A DNA stretch of 64,000 nt from Octopus sinensis (taxonomy: Eukaryota): assembly GCF_006345805.1 (NCBI RefSeq), contig NC_043016.1:15872001-15936000 (forward strand), in the 5' to 3' direction. The notes below the pieces were generated by a model. The model had not been told where the DNA came from. It saw only the letters and a list, made by a program, of their open reading frames with translations, and made no database searches. How positions within the stretch are numbered: position 1 is the stretch's first letter; each line of letters starts with the position of its first letter. The translations under genes and the position numbers were made by a program. Positions 26,900 through 37,648 of the stretch are shown piece by piece.

Positions 26900-27292
26900 T
26901 ATCACAAAATAAGTTTGGTGCCCCATAAAAGATTATGTAATTTAAAGTATAAATAATAACAAACCATGAAATAAATTTTTATTTTTCAAAACAAAACAAA
27001 ACAGTAAGAGGGAAAATAATGATTTTTTTTGTATACTTTCACTATATTTATATTTGAAAAGTTTCTTCCTACTTTTTTGAATTGCAAAGTCTTTGACGAG
27101 ATCCTTAAAATTAATCATAGGTAACACACCTGCATCTATACTTAATAGAGATAAAGACATCCCGAATATTATTTTAACAAGTTTAAAGTGATTTCTTTTG
27201 TACCGTAGACCATTTACCATCTCCATGGTTCCCTTCCTTCTCTTGATGCCCTAAGCATGTGCTTATTTTGCTTAATGGTTAATCCAACGCTG
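26900..27292 (-). mobile_element. Non-autonomous hAT remnant
   Basis: Terminus CAGCGTTGGATTAACCATTAAGC at 27292; LSLLSIDAGVLPMINFKDLVKDFAIQKSRKKLF resembles the hAT C-terminal dimerisation domain; other end not located. Confidence 0.6.
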
Positions 27293-27673
27293 TGTGCAAT
27301 ATAAGTGAGCATGAAGGACATAGTATAGAAATGATGAGAGAAAGACCGGGCATAAGAGGGATCAGTTGTAGTGTGCAGGAGAGAAGACTGTGCTGGTACA
27401 GACATGCGATGAGGACAGCTGTATAGAAAAGTGACAATCCAGTAAATGCAGTGGAGTCTGTTGAAGAGGGAGACCCAAGAAGACAGGATGAAGTAGTAAA
27501 AAATGGCCTTAGGATCCTGAGAATTACAGAGGAATGACAAAGGACAGGGATATCTGGTAGTATGAGGTCCTTGTGAAAACTTGCTCATCATATTAAAACT
27601 GACTTGTGGAAGAACTGCTTGGGTACATATTGTATACATATATGCATATATATATGTGTGGTGTGTGTGCACT

Positions 27674-27712
<39 letters not shown>

Positions 27713-27714
<2 letters not shown>

Positions 27715-29740
27715 AATAATTACAGAGGTATCAAGCTGTTGGATCAGGTAATGAAGGTTACAGAGAGGGTCATAGCACAACTGATTAGGGAGAGAGTCAA
27801 CTTGGACGAGATGCAGTTTGGTTTCATGCCAGGGAAAAGCACCACTGATGCCATATTTCTGGTGAGACAGCTGCAGGAGAAATACCTAGCCAAAGATAAG
27901 CCCCTGTACCTGGCTTTCGTTGACATGGAGAAAGCCTTTGACAGGGTCCCCGATCCCTTATCTGGTGGTCAATGAGGAAACTAGGGATAGATGAATGGCT
28001 GGTGAGGGCTGTGCAAGCCATGTACAGGGATGCCGTAAGTAGGGTTAGGGTTGGCAACATGTACACAGAAGAATTCAAAGTAGAGGTTGGGGTCACCAGG
28101 GTTCAGTACTCAGGCCCCTCCTATTTATCATAGTTGTCCAGGCAATTACGGAGGAATTCAAGACAGGTTGCCCCTGGGAGCTCCTATATGCTGACAACCT
28201 TGCTCTAATTGCTGAGTCACTATCAGAACTGGAGGAGAAGTTCCAGGTGTGGAAGGAGGGTCTAGAATCGAGTGGCCTTAGAGTCAACCTAGCTAAAACC
28301 AAAAAGAACTAATAGGTAGGAAGGTAGACAATCCACAAATGTCTTCAGGAAGATGGCCCTGCTAGATCTGTAGAAAAGGTGTAGGTAGAAACTCTATAAG
28401 ATGTACCCAGTGTAAGCTATGGACACATAAGAGGTGCAGCAATGTCAAAGGAAGGCTAACTGGGAAGATAGTTTTTGTATGTGGCAGATGCTCGGGAGCA
28501 TTAACCTCTGAAAATCTGCAGAAAACAACTTCCGTCACATTCCAAGGGGAAAAACTAGAAGTAGTTGATAGCTTCTGTTATCTTGGTGACCAAGTCAGTA
28601 GTGGGTGTGGGTGTGCTGAAAGTGTAATGGCTAGAGTAAGAATAGCCTGGGCAAAGTTTAGGGAGCTCTTACCTCTGCTGGTGACTAAAGGCCTCTTGCT
28701 CAGAGTAAAAGGCAGACTGTATGATGCATGTGTACGAACAGCCATGCTACATGGCAGTGAAACATGGGCCGTGACTGCTGAGGACATGCGTAAGCTCGCG
28801 AGAAATGAAGCCAGTATGCTCCGATGGATGTGTAATGTCAGTGTGCATGTTCGACAGAGCGTTAGTACCCTGAGAGAAATGTTGGACCTAAGGAGCATCA
28901 GTTGTGGTGTGCAAGAGAGACGATTGCGCTGGTATGGTCATGTGGCGAGAATGGATGAAGATAGGTGTGTGAAAAAGTGCCAATCCCTAGCAGTGGAGGG
29001 AACCCGTGGAAGAGGTAGACCCAGGAAAACCTGGGATGAGGTGGTGAAGCACGACCTTCGAACTTTAGGTTTCACTGAGGAAATGACCAGCGACCGAGAC
29101 CTTTGGAAATATGCTGTGCGTGAAAAGACCAGGCAGGACAAGTGAGTCCAGCCCACTTATGCATGCCTTTCCTCCCTTGGACACACAAAGATCTGTTGAG
29201 GCAAGCGAAGTCGATATCGAACCTCATCTGACGACAGGCACCCATGCCAATCCCCCTTTGCTTGCGAAGACCTGTTGGGGCAAGTGAAATCGAAATCGGA
29301 ATTGAAATTGAACCAATCCTATGACTGGCACCCGGAAGATGCCAGGACCCCCTGGACTGGAGATACGTAAACAGCACTATCCGAATCGTGGCCGAAGCCA
29401 GTGCCGCCTCGACTGGCTTCCGTGCTGGTGGCACGTAAAAAGCACCATCCGAATCGTGGCCGAAGCCAGTGCCACCTCGACTGGCTTCCGTGCAGGTGGC
29501 ACGTAAAATGCACCAATGCGACCGTGGCCGATGCCAGCCTCGCCTGGCTCCAGTGCAGGTGGCACGTAAAAAGCACCCACTACACTCTCGGAGTGGTTGG
29601 CGTTAGGAAGGGCATCCAGCTGTAGAAACATTGCCAGATAAGACCGGAGCCTGGTGCAGCCTTCTGGTTTCCCAGATTCCTGGTCGAACAGTCCAACCCA
29701 TGCTAGCATGAAGAACGGACGTTAAACGATGATGATGATA
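27713..29740 (+). mobile_element. 5'-truncated, frameshifted RTE LINE inserted at a (TA)n tract
   Basis: NNYRGIKLL...QFGFMPGKSTTDAIF...AFVDMEKAFDRV, LLYADN, RRLRWYGHVARM...GRGRPRKTW; stop at 29145; 3'UTR ends GGACGTTAAAC(GAT)n. Confidence 0.93.
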
Positions 29741-30074
29741 TGAACCTCTTAGTCAGTACCCTCCCCACTACATCTGCTCCACCAAAACTCTTCCCAACTT
29801 CGAATGCCACTTTCCTCTTTTGTTATTCAAAACCATCTCACTTGTCAGCCATTCTTCATTAATACTGTTCTCCACATTCACATGTTACAATGGCTATCCT
29901 ATTTTCCCCTCCTTTTTATTTTTTCTCCTCTCGCATTAGAGCCTGTCTTATCTTCTTACTCCATTCCAATTGCAGAGGAGCGACAGTGTCATGTCACGTA
30001 CACTGGTTGTCTTATATCACTCAGGGTAGCTTAGATCACAACTACTGTCAATTGATGGATTACAGCTTCTTTAA

Positions 30075-30273
30075 CCCTTTTGTTACCATATTTCTGTTGT
30101 TTTTTTTCAATTAATTTTGAAGATAACAAAGAATTTAGTAAAATAACTCAATTATCATTAAGCTAGTGTTAGGGACATAAATTGTGACTAAGATTTTAAT
30201 TCAGAATTTTTGAAAACAAGACATTTGTATTACGGAGCCAGGGCTGGTTCCAGCCAGGTTGGTATAAAAAGGG
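30075..30273. mobile_element. TTAA-flanked (piggyBac-type) MITE; relatives at about 6686-6900, 24139-24362, 32296-32513 and 50374-50564
   Basis: TTAA|CCCTTT ... AAAGGG|TTAA ends, about 190-225 bp, two internal sequence types. Confidence 0.75.
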
Positions 30274-32000
30274 TTAAACCTAGGATTTCTAATATTCCTT
30301 TATATCCTTCAGTGTAACTATAATCTCTTTATGACTTCTCTGTAGATGTTTCACAGAGTAAAGAAAATGTATGAATTTGTTCTTTAGTGTGGGTGTTTGT
30401 TATGAAAACATGCAGCCAATGTAATTTCTGCTGCATTTATTACAAACTGTAAGATATACGAAATGGGTCCGTAAACATGCAAACATTGTTGCATCGCATG
30501 TGTGTATAGACTCTCAGGAAGGTCGAGTGTATGCTAGCTGTATACACGATTCCTCCCTATGGATAGTAAGAGAGATTTCATTGGATAATCTATCATTAAA
30601 GTGTGGGAATATTAACTAGAAAATTTTGTTGTTGTTGTTGGTGGTGTTATATTATCAAGATATTATCAAGGGTGCTGGTATCTGTTGTCCATTAACAACC
30701 TTTGGAACTGCTTGGTGTTGGCAGTTCTGTCTCCTGCTTTTCTGTACCTGTTCTGTACGGGAGATATTCCATTTTGCATGTAAACAGCCTACATACGAAT
30801 GAATGGAAATGAGAAAATGTATAGGATTCAGGAGAGATGTAAAAGGGTAGGAGCTGTACAGAGGAGGAGGAGGTACTGTATGATTAAAGTTAGTAGCAAA
30901 GGTGTGAGTCAGTTGAATTGGTGCGTGAGCGACAAAAAACAAGGTGGAAGTGGGTGTGAACAGGTGTTGCCATCCATCACTCTTGTTCTTATTGTTCTCA
31001 TTATCTTTTGTTATTCACTTATCCTGCTACCCAATTATCATGAGCCTATCACTCTCCCCATCTCTTCCATCAATTTCTATTCTGTCAGTCATTACCTCTG
31101 AAATTAAACATCCATTGGAGCACGCTTTACCCAATTAAAATACACATCATTGTAATGACTGGAATCCATCCACAAGATGAACCAAAAGTTATAAAACAGC
31201 TTGAAAGACTGAAAATTTCAGTTTTAGAAAGACAATATGAAGGGTAACTTCAAAATTACTGTCAAACATTTCCTTGCAAAATATACAACATATAATTACA
31301 CACACACAAACCCAAACAAACATATCTGAATATTTCATGTCTGTTTTTCATGCTAACATGAGATGAGCAGAGATCTATTGTGAAAGTGTTTTACAGCTGT
31401 CACCAACCTATATCTATTCTTCAAGATATTTTTTATTCTACTGATCCTCAAAAGCTTACAACTACAGAATATATTGTCATCATTGTCTTGTCCAGAAGGT
31501 GTCATAAAATGTAAACATCCATACATTATTCATTTTACATATTTTCCCAAGTAAGCACGAGTTACACAAATATGTTATTGAGGCATTGCTTTACAGTCAG
31601 ATGCTCTTTTCGATGCTGACCCTTACTTGGTTTACAAGTAAAGGTTCTCTTATTTCATATGGTTCTGAATACATGAAATAACCTGACAGCTTGTTGACAA
31701 GAGAAACTGACACCACTAACATGTTTTCATACAAGCAAATGTAAACTAATTCAAACACACACGCAAGGCATCTTTCAGTTTTTTTTTTTCCTGTCAACCA
31801 GATCAACTCACAAGGCTTTATAAATGAATCATGTATGTAACATATAAATATTGTGCACACACACACAATTGATATCTTGATCATGTCTCTTGATGTGATG
31901 AAAGAATAAATGAGTTGCTGCTTGGAGTTGTTAGAAAACTCCAAATGTTCTGTGTTATGCACATCATAATGGAATAGCAGATAATTAAAAGTGATAACTG

Positions 32001-32060
<60 letters not shown>

Positions 32061-33284
32061 GGTTAAAATTCCACAAAACTCAGCTTAAATCTCTTGGAGA
32101 ACAATAGTATAATAAAATTTCTAGAATATGATGAATACCAGTTGCAGTAAAGTAGTAACATTAAAGACAGAATTCAAAGTGAATTTCTGGATATTATTCA
32201 AGGTAGCAATAAACTCTTGTTTGCTTTTGTTATTTTGAGAATATCAAGGATTTTGAAAAACACACACACATGCATATTTATCATCATCATTTTAACCCTT
32301 TAGCATTTAAACAGGTCACATCCAGCCAAAATATTCTGCCTCTTTTATGTTCAAACTGGCCTGAATCCAACATCACATGCCTACTTGACAATGTTATGGT
32401 GAAAATAAACTATCACATCACTGAATTCTTGAAGCCACAAGATAATGGATGATTAATTCAAATCAATGTGAATAAACATTACATTTGACTGAAAAATCTG
32501 AATGCTAAAGTGTTATTGTCTAATTTTTCCAAGCTTTCAAGAGTCAGATGGAATTTGTTGAGGCAGATTTTCTATGGCTGGATGCCCTTCCTGTCATCAA
32601 TCCTCACCTGTTTACAGGTGAGGTAATATTTCTCCATATCTCAACATGTTTTTACCTCAATTGTATGATGACAATGCTCATTTACAACCATCACATGATG
32701 TTTAGACAAGGTCGTACATAAACATACACACACATATAAACATATCCAATGGGCTTCTTTCAGTGTTTGTCTATCAAATCTGCTCACAAGGCTTTGGTTG
32801 GTTTGGGGCTATAGTAGAAGACATCTACCCAAGATGCCGTGCAATGGAGCTGAACCTGAGACCACGTGATTAGGAAGCTTCTTAACCACATGGCCACCTA
32901 TCATACTTTAACATCCTTTGCTCAGTTGAGGGCCTTGTCTTGCAAGCACTTGAGACTTTCACTGGTGCCTTGAAAGCAAAAACAAAAAAAAGCACCCAGT
33001 AGTGGTTGGCATTAGGAAAGATATCCAGTTGTAGAAACCATGCTAAAGCAGATACTGGAGCTCAGCACAGCCCTCTAGCTCATCAAAGCATGCAAGCAGT
33101 GAATCAGAGATGATGAATGACAATCAGATCCACATTTTATTAAAATTCAAACTTCATCTTTCCATTTATTTAAAACAGATACTGGTTACAGCTCAGCCCA
33201 AATAATTTCTAATAAATTGTAGAGCACTTTCAGTAAATGAATGTCTTGATGTGCACAATGAAGATGTACTTTGTGAGAAAAGCT

Positions 33285-36200
33285 TGAAAGGAGACAGGTT
33301 GATGTATGCTGCATACAAGAGGTAAGATGGAGAGGAGCTTCAGCTAGGGTCCTCACAGGCAAGGTAACATGGATGATGTAGGGGGTGTTGGCATACTCCT
33401 TGTGGAGAAATGGGTGAATAAGGTCATAGAGGTTGTCAGGGTATGCGACAGAGTGCTTAAGCTCAGGTTAGTCCTACAGAACAGCACAGCTACAATTATT
33501 TCCGCCTATACACTTCTACAGGCTACCTCAAAGACGACTGGCAATGACCTCATCTTTGTGGTTGGAGTCTTTAATGGGCATGTTGGGCATCTGGTGTCTT
33601 CACTGGGGTATGCAGTGGCCATGGTATTGGCTCCCGAAAAGATGAGGAAACTAGGCTAATGGAATTCTGTGATGCATGTAACCTTTTAATCTGCAACACT
33701 AACTTTAGGAAGTCAGACAGCCACCTCATAACCTATCAATCAGGGGTCTCTGTTAGCCAGATTGATTTCATCCTCACGAGACAGCGGGACGCAGGATTGC
33801 TCTTAAATACAAAGGCTAGTCATTAGTGACTTTAGGCTCAAGACCATAAGGATACCAAGAAGCAGACCAATCCAGAAAAGAAGGATTTGGAAGCTAAATA
33901 ACCCTTCACATGGTCAGAGATTTAGGGACATCCTCATCAAGAAATTTGATGAGAGGGAGGAGAGGCTACAGATATTGGACATAGAAGGTAGGTGGAGATT
34001 CCTATGGGACAGCTTGCTGAGTGCCACAGACCAAGTCTGCGGATGGTGCAGGGTCCCTTCCAGACCTAGAGTTACGTGGTGGTGGAATAGTACGGTAGAC
34101 AAAGCCATTAGAGCAAAGAAACAGGCCTGGAGAGCCTGGAAGGATGGGGGTAGCAGGGAACTGTACCAAGTAGCCAAAAGGGAGGCTGGGTGGCAGGTAT
34201 ACATAGCCAAGAGCAAAGCAGAAAAGAAGAAGTTTGCCAATGTCCAACAACGTAAGGACCAAAGAACTGAGGTATTTCAGATTGCAAGACAGTGTGTGAG
34301 AGAAAATTGTGATGTCATAGGAGAGAAATGTGTTTGAATGGATGATGGTGCACTTGCTTTTAATGTTTCTGAAAAGAAAGAGGCTTAGAGAAGCCATTAT
34401 GAAAGACTGCTGAATGTGGAAAATGAATGGGAGGAGGAGAGCCTGTCAAATGTTGACCCAATAGAGGGACCAGCTATCCAAATAGACAGCTCCCTAGTAG
34501 ATAAAGCAATTAAGGGTATGAAGCCAGAAAAAGCCCCTGGCCCATCAGCAATCACTGCTAAGATGCTTAAAACATTTGATGGTGTGGGCTATGGCCTAGT
34601 CACCCGCATTGTAAACCAAGTAGTTCATGATGGAGTCATACCCAATGACTGGCGTAACAGCACCATAGTCAACTGCTACAAGGGTAAAGGTGATGCTCTA
34701 GATAGAAATAACTACAGGGGTATCAAACTGCTGGATCAGGTGATGAAGGTCACGGAGAGGATTATAGCCCATCTCATTAAGGAGAGAGTCTGCTTAGATG
34801 AGATGCAGTTCGGTTTTGTTCTGGGTAGAAGCACCACTGATGCCATATTCCTGGTTCAACAACTGCAGGAGAAATACCCAGCTAAAGATAAACTCCTATA
34901 CTTAGCTTTCGTGGACTTGGAGAAAGCCTTTGACAGGGTCCCACGATCCCTTATCTGGTGGCCGATGCAGAAACTGGAGATTGACGAATGGTTAATAAGG
35001 GCTGTACAGGCCCTATACAGAGAGGCCATTAGTAAGGTTAGGATTAACAACGTGTATAGTGAAGAATTCCAGGTAGAAGTAAGGGTCCACCAAGGTTCAG
35101 CCCTCAGTCCCCTTTTATTCATCATAGTCCTCCAGGTAATAACAGAGGAATTCAAGATGGGTTGCCCCTGGGAGCTCCTCTATGCTGACGACCTGGCTCT
35201 CATAGCAGAATCACTACCGGAACTAGAAAAGAAATTTCGGTTGTGGAAGATAGGTTTAGAATCAAAAGGCCTTAGAGTCAATGTAGCAAAGACCAAAGTT
35301 CTAGTAAGTAGGAAGGCGAACTCACCACACACCCCCTCAGGTAAGTGGCCCAGCTCGATCTGTAGAAAAGGTGTAGGTAGAAACTCTATAAGATGTACCC
35401 ATTGTAAGCTATGGACACATAAGAGGTGCAAAAACATCAAAGGAAAATTAACCTAGAAGATAGCTTTCGAAACTAGAAGTAGTTGATAGTTTCTGCTATC
35501 TAGGTGACTAAGTTAGTAGTGGAGGTAGATGCTCAGAGAGTGTCACCACAAGAATACAAATAGCCTGGGCAAAGTTTAGAAAGCTTCTACCCCTACTGGT
35601 GACAAAGGGTCTCTGGCTCAGAGTGAAAGGTAGATTGTACGACGCATGTGAGCCAACTGCCATGCATAGGCTTGAAAGAAATTAAGCTAGCATGATCTGC
35701 TGGATGTGTAATGTCAGTGTGCACACATGATAGAGTGTAAGCACCCTGAGAGAAATGTTGGACATAAGAAGCATCAGATGTGGCATGCAAGAGAGACGTT
35801 TGCGTAGGTATGGTCATGTACTACGGATGGATGAGGAGAGATGTGTGAAGAAGTGCCACTCCCAAACAGTTGAAGGAATCTGGGGGAGAGGTAGACCCAG
35901 GAAGACATGGGATGAGGTGGTCAAGCATGACCTTCGAACGGTGGGTCTCACAGAGGCAATGACGAAAGACTGAGATCTCTGGAGATATGCTGTGACTGTG
36001 AAAACCCAACAAATAACATGAGTTCATGGCTGTTTCCTGCTTCACATAGCATCCCCAGCCCATCCAAAGTAACATGGATCACAGGATGGCCTGCTGTGCT
36101 TATCTTGGATCGTAGGGCAACCTGCTGTGCTTGAGGAAACCTATTGAGTCAAGTACTTCAACATCAAAATAAAAATCAAATGGAAATTGTAGTTGTGATA

Positions 36201-36512
36201 CCTGTGCCAGTGGCATGTAAAAAGCACCATCTGAACATGGCTGATGCCAGCGCCGCCTTGACTAGCTTCCGTGCCGGTGGCACATAAAAAGCACCAACCG
36301 ATCGTGGATGTTGCCAGCCTCCCCTGTCACCTGTGCCAGTGGCACATAAAAAGCACCCACTACACTCACGGAGTGGTTGGCGTTAGAAGGGCATCCAGCT
36401 GTAGAAACACTTCCAGATCAGACTGGAGCCTTGTGCAGCCTCCTGGCCTCCCAGACCCTGGTCGAACCATCCAACCCATGCAAATGGACGTTAAACGATG
36501 ATGATGATGATG
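33285..36512 (+). mobile_element. Near-full-length degraded RTE LINE (APE endonuclease plus RT)
   Basis: VDVCCIQEVRW, GGVGILL, SQIDFIL endonuclease motifs; RT ORF 34416-35456 with QGSALSPLLF and YADD; stops and deletions; (GAT)n tail. Confidence 0.93.
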
Positions 36513-36553
36513 AATAAAAGGGTAAAATTAATTAATAATTTTACCAAGTAGTT

Positions 36554-36619
36554 CTGCACAGATGAGGTGAAATAAGTAAGTAAATATAACTTTACTTTAG
36601 TCCCGAAACGCGTTTGTAG
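36554..36619 (+). ncRNA. Degenerate hammerhead motif
   Basis: CUGCA CAGAUGA GG...CC GAAAC GC GUU UGUAG; palindromic AACGCGUU helix III; U4->A; eroded helix II. Confidence 0.55.
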
Positions 36620-36799
36620 CTAATCTAAGTCATGTAGATTCGTTATTTTTTTTGTCTTTGCCTATGTAAAAAAAGTGTGTTACTGTCAGGGAGATATTTA
36701 TGGTAGCGGAAAAGGTATTTTAACTGCTATTTCTAAATTCAGTGCATGGTGAAGCAATCAGCTGACCCCTGATTATAATTATGCTTATAATTATATATT

Positions 36800-37018
36800 T
36801 CTTTACTACCCACAAGGGGCTAAACACAGAGAGGACAAACAAACGGATTAAGTTGATTATATCGACCCCAGTGCGTAACTGGTACTTATTTAATCGACCC
36901 CGAAAGGATGAAAGGTAAAGTCGACCTCGGCGGAATTTGAACTCACAACGTAGCGGCAGACGAAATACGGCTACGCATTTTGCCCGGCGTGCTAACGTCT
37001 CTGCCAGCTCGCCGCCTT
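36800..37018 (-). mobile_element. SINE family A; further copies at about 3235-3452(-), 9313-9520(-), 9563-9748(-), 63822-64000(+)
   Basis: Head GGCGGCGAGCTGGCAGA with B box GAGTTCAAATTCC; central GACTTTACCTTTCATCCTTTCGGGGTCGA..AAATAAGTACC resembles the Meta-domain core (from memory, not searched). Confidence 0.75.
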
Positions 37019-37050
37019 ATAATTATAGAATATTTGTATGTATATGTGCA

Positions 37051-37506
37051 TATAACCAAGAAAAAAGCAACAATAATGGATCGGTAGTTTAGTACAATTG
37101 TTTCATACTATAAACATTTTATTTAAAGCTGCAAATATTACAGCAAATATAATGTCAAGTATTCATCAGCTAAATCACATATAGGTTTTCCATATATTCT
37201 CAACCAGCATCTTTCCTCATGCCTCTTGGAACTTATACCCACATCTTTATGAGTAGATTTATCTTCTCTGGGATGTTAATAATCAATTTTAAAACTTTGT
37301 ATTGTTGGAAAACATATATAGTCTGCTTGGAATCTTACTTCAGATTCATGGAACTCACACCTACAACTTCATAAGGATATTTACACTCTCTAAGAATATA
37401 TGGAAAACCTATATTTGATTTAGCTGATGAATACTTGACATTATATTTGCTGTAATATTTGCAACTAAACTACCGATCCATTATTGTTGCTTTTTTCTTG
37501 GTTATA
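37051..37506. repeat. Foldback inverted repeat (arms about 37051-37200 and 37393-37506)
   Basis: TATAACCAAGAAAAAAGCAACAATAATGGATCGGTAGTTTAG... is mirrored; right arm has a 36-nt deletion. Confidence 0.92.
37088..37174 (-). ncRNA. Minimal type I hammerhead ribozyme (Penelope-like element type), intact core
   Basis: UUUAG CUGAUGA AUACU...AGUAU GAAAC AAUU GUA CUAAA: helix I UUUAG/CUAAA, helix II AUACU/AGUAU, palindromic helix III ACAAUUGU, GUA cleavage triplet. Confidence 0.8.
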
Positions 37507-37594
37507 ATCACCCCACATAATTTTATGGTTAATACCATAAAGAATCTTGGTGCATCTAAGTTAAGTACCATATTCATTTGAATCTTAATTGTTT

Positions 37595-37648
<54 letters not shown>

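Noticed and set aside
29340-29580. CRISPR-like appearance of the repeated GGTGGCACGTAAAAAGCACC units
   Set aside because: The intervening sequences are homologous to each other rather than unique spacers; it is the 3'UTR of a eukaryotic RTE LINE and no cas genes are present
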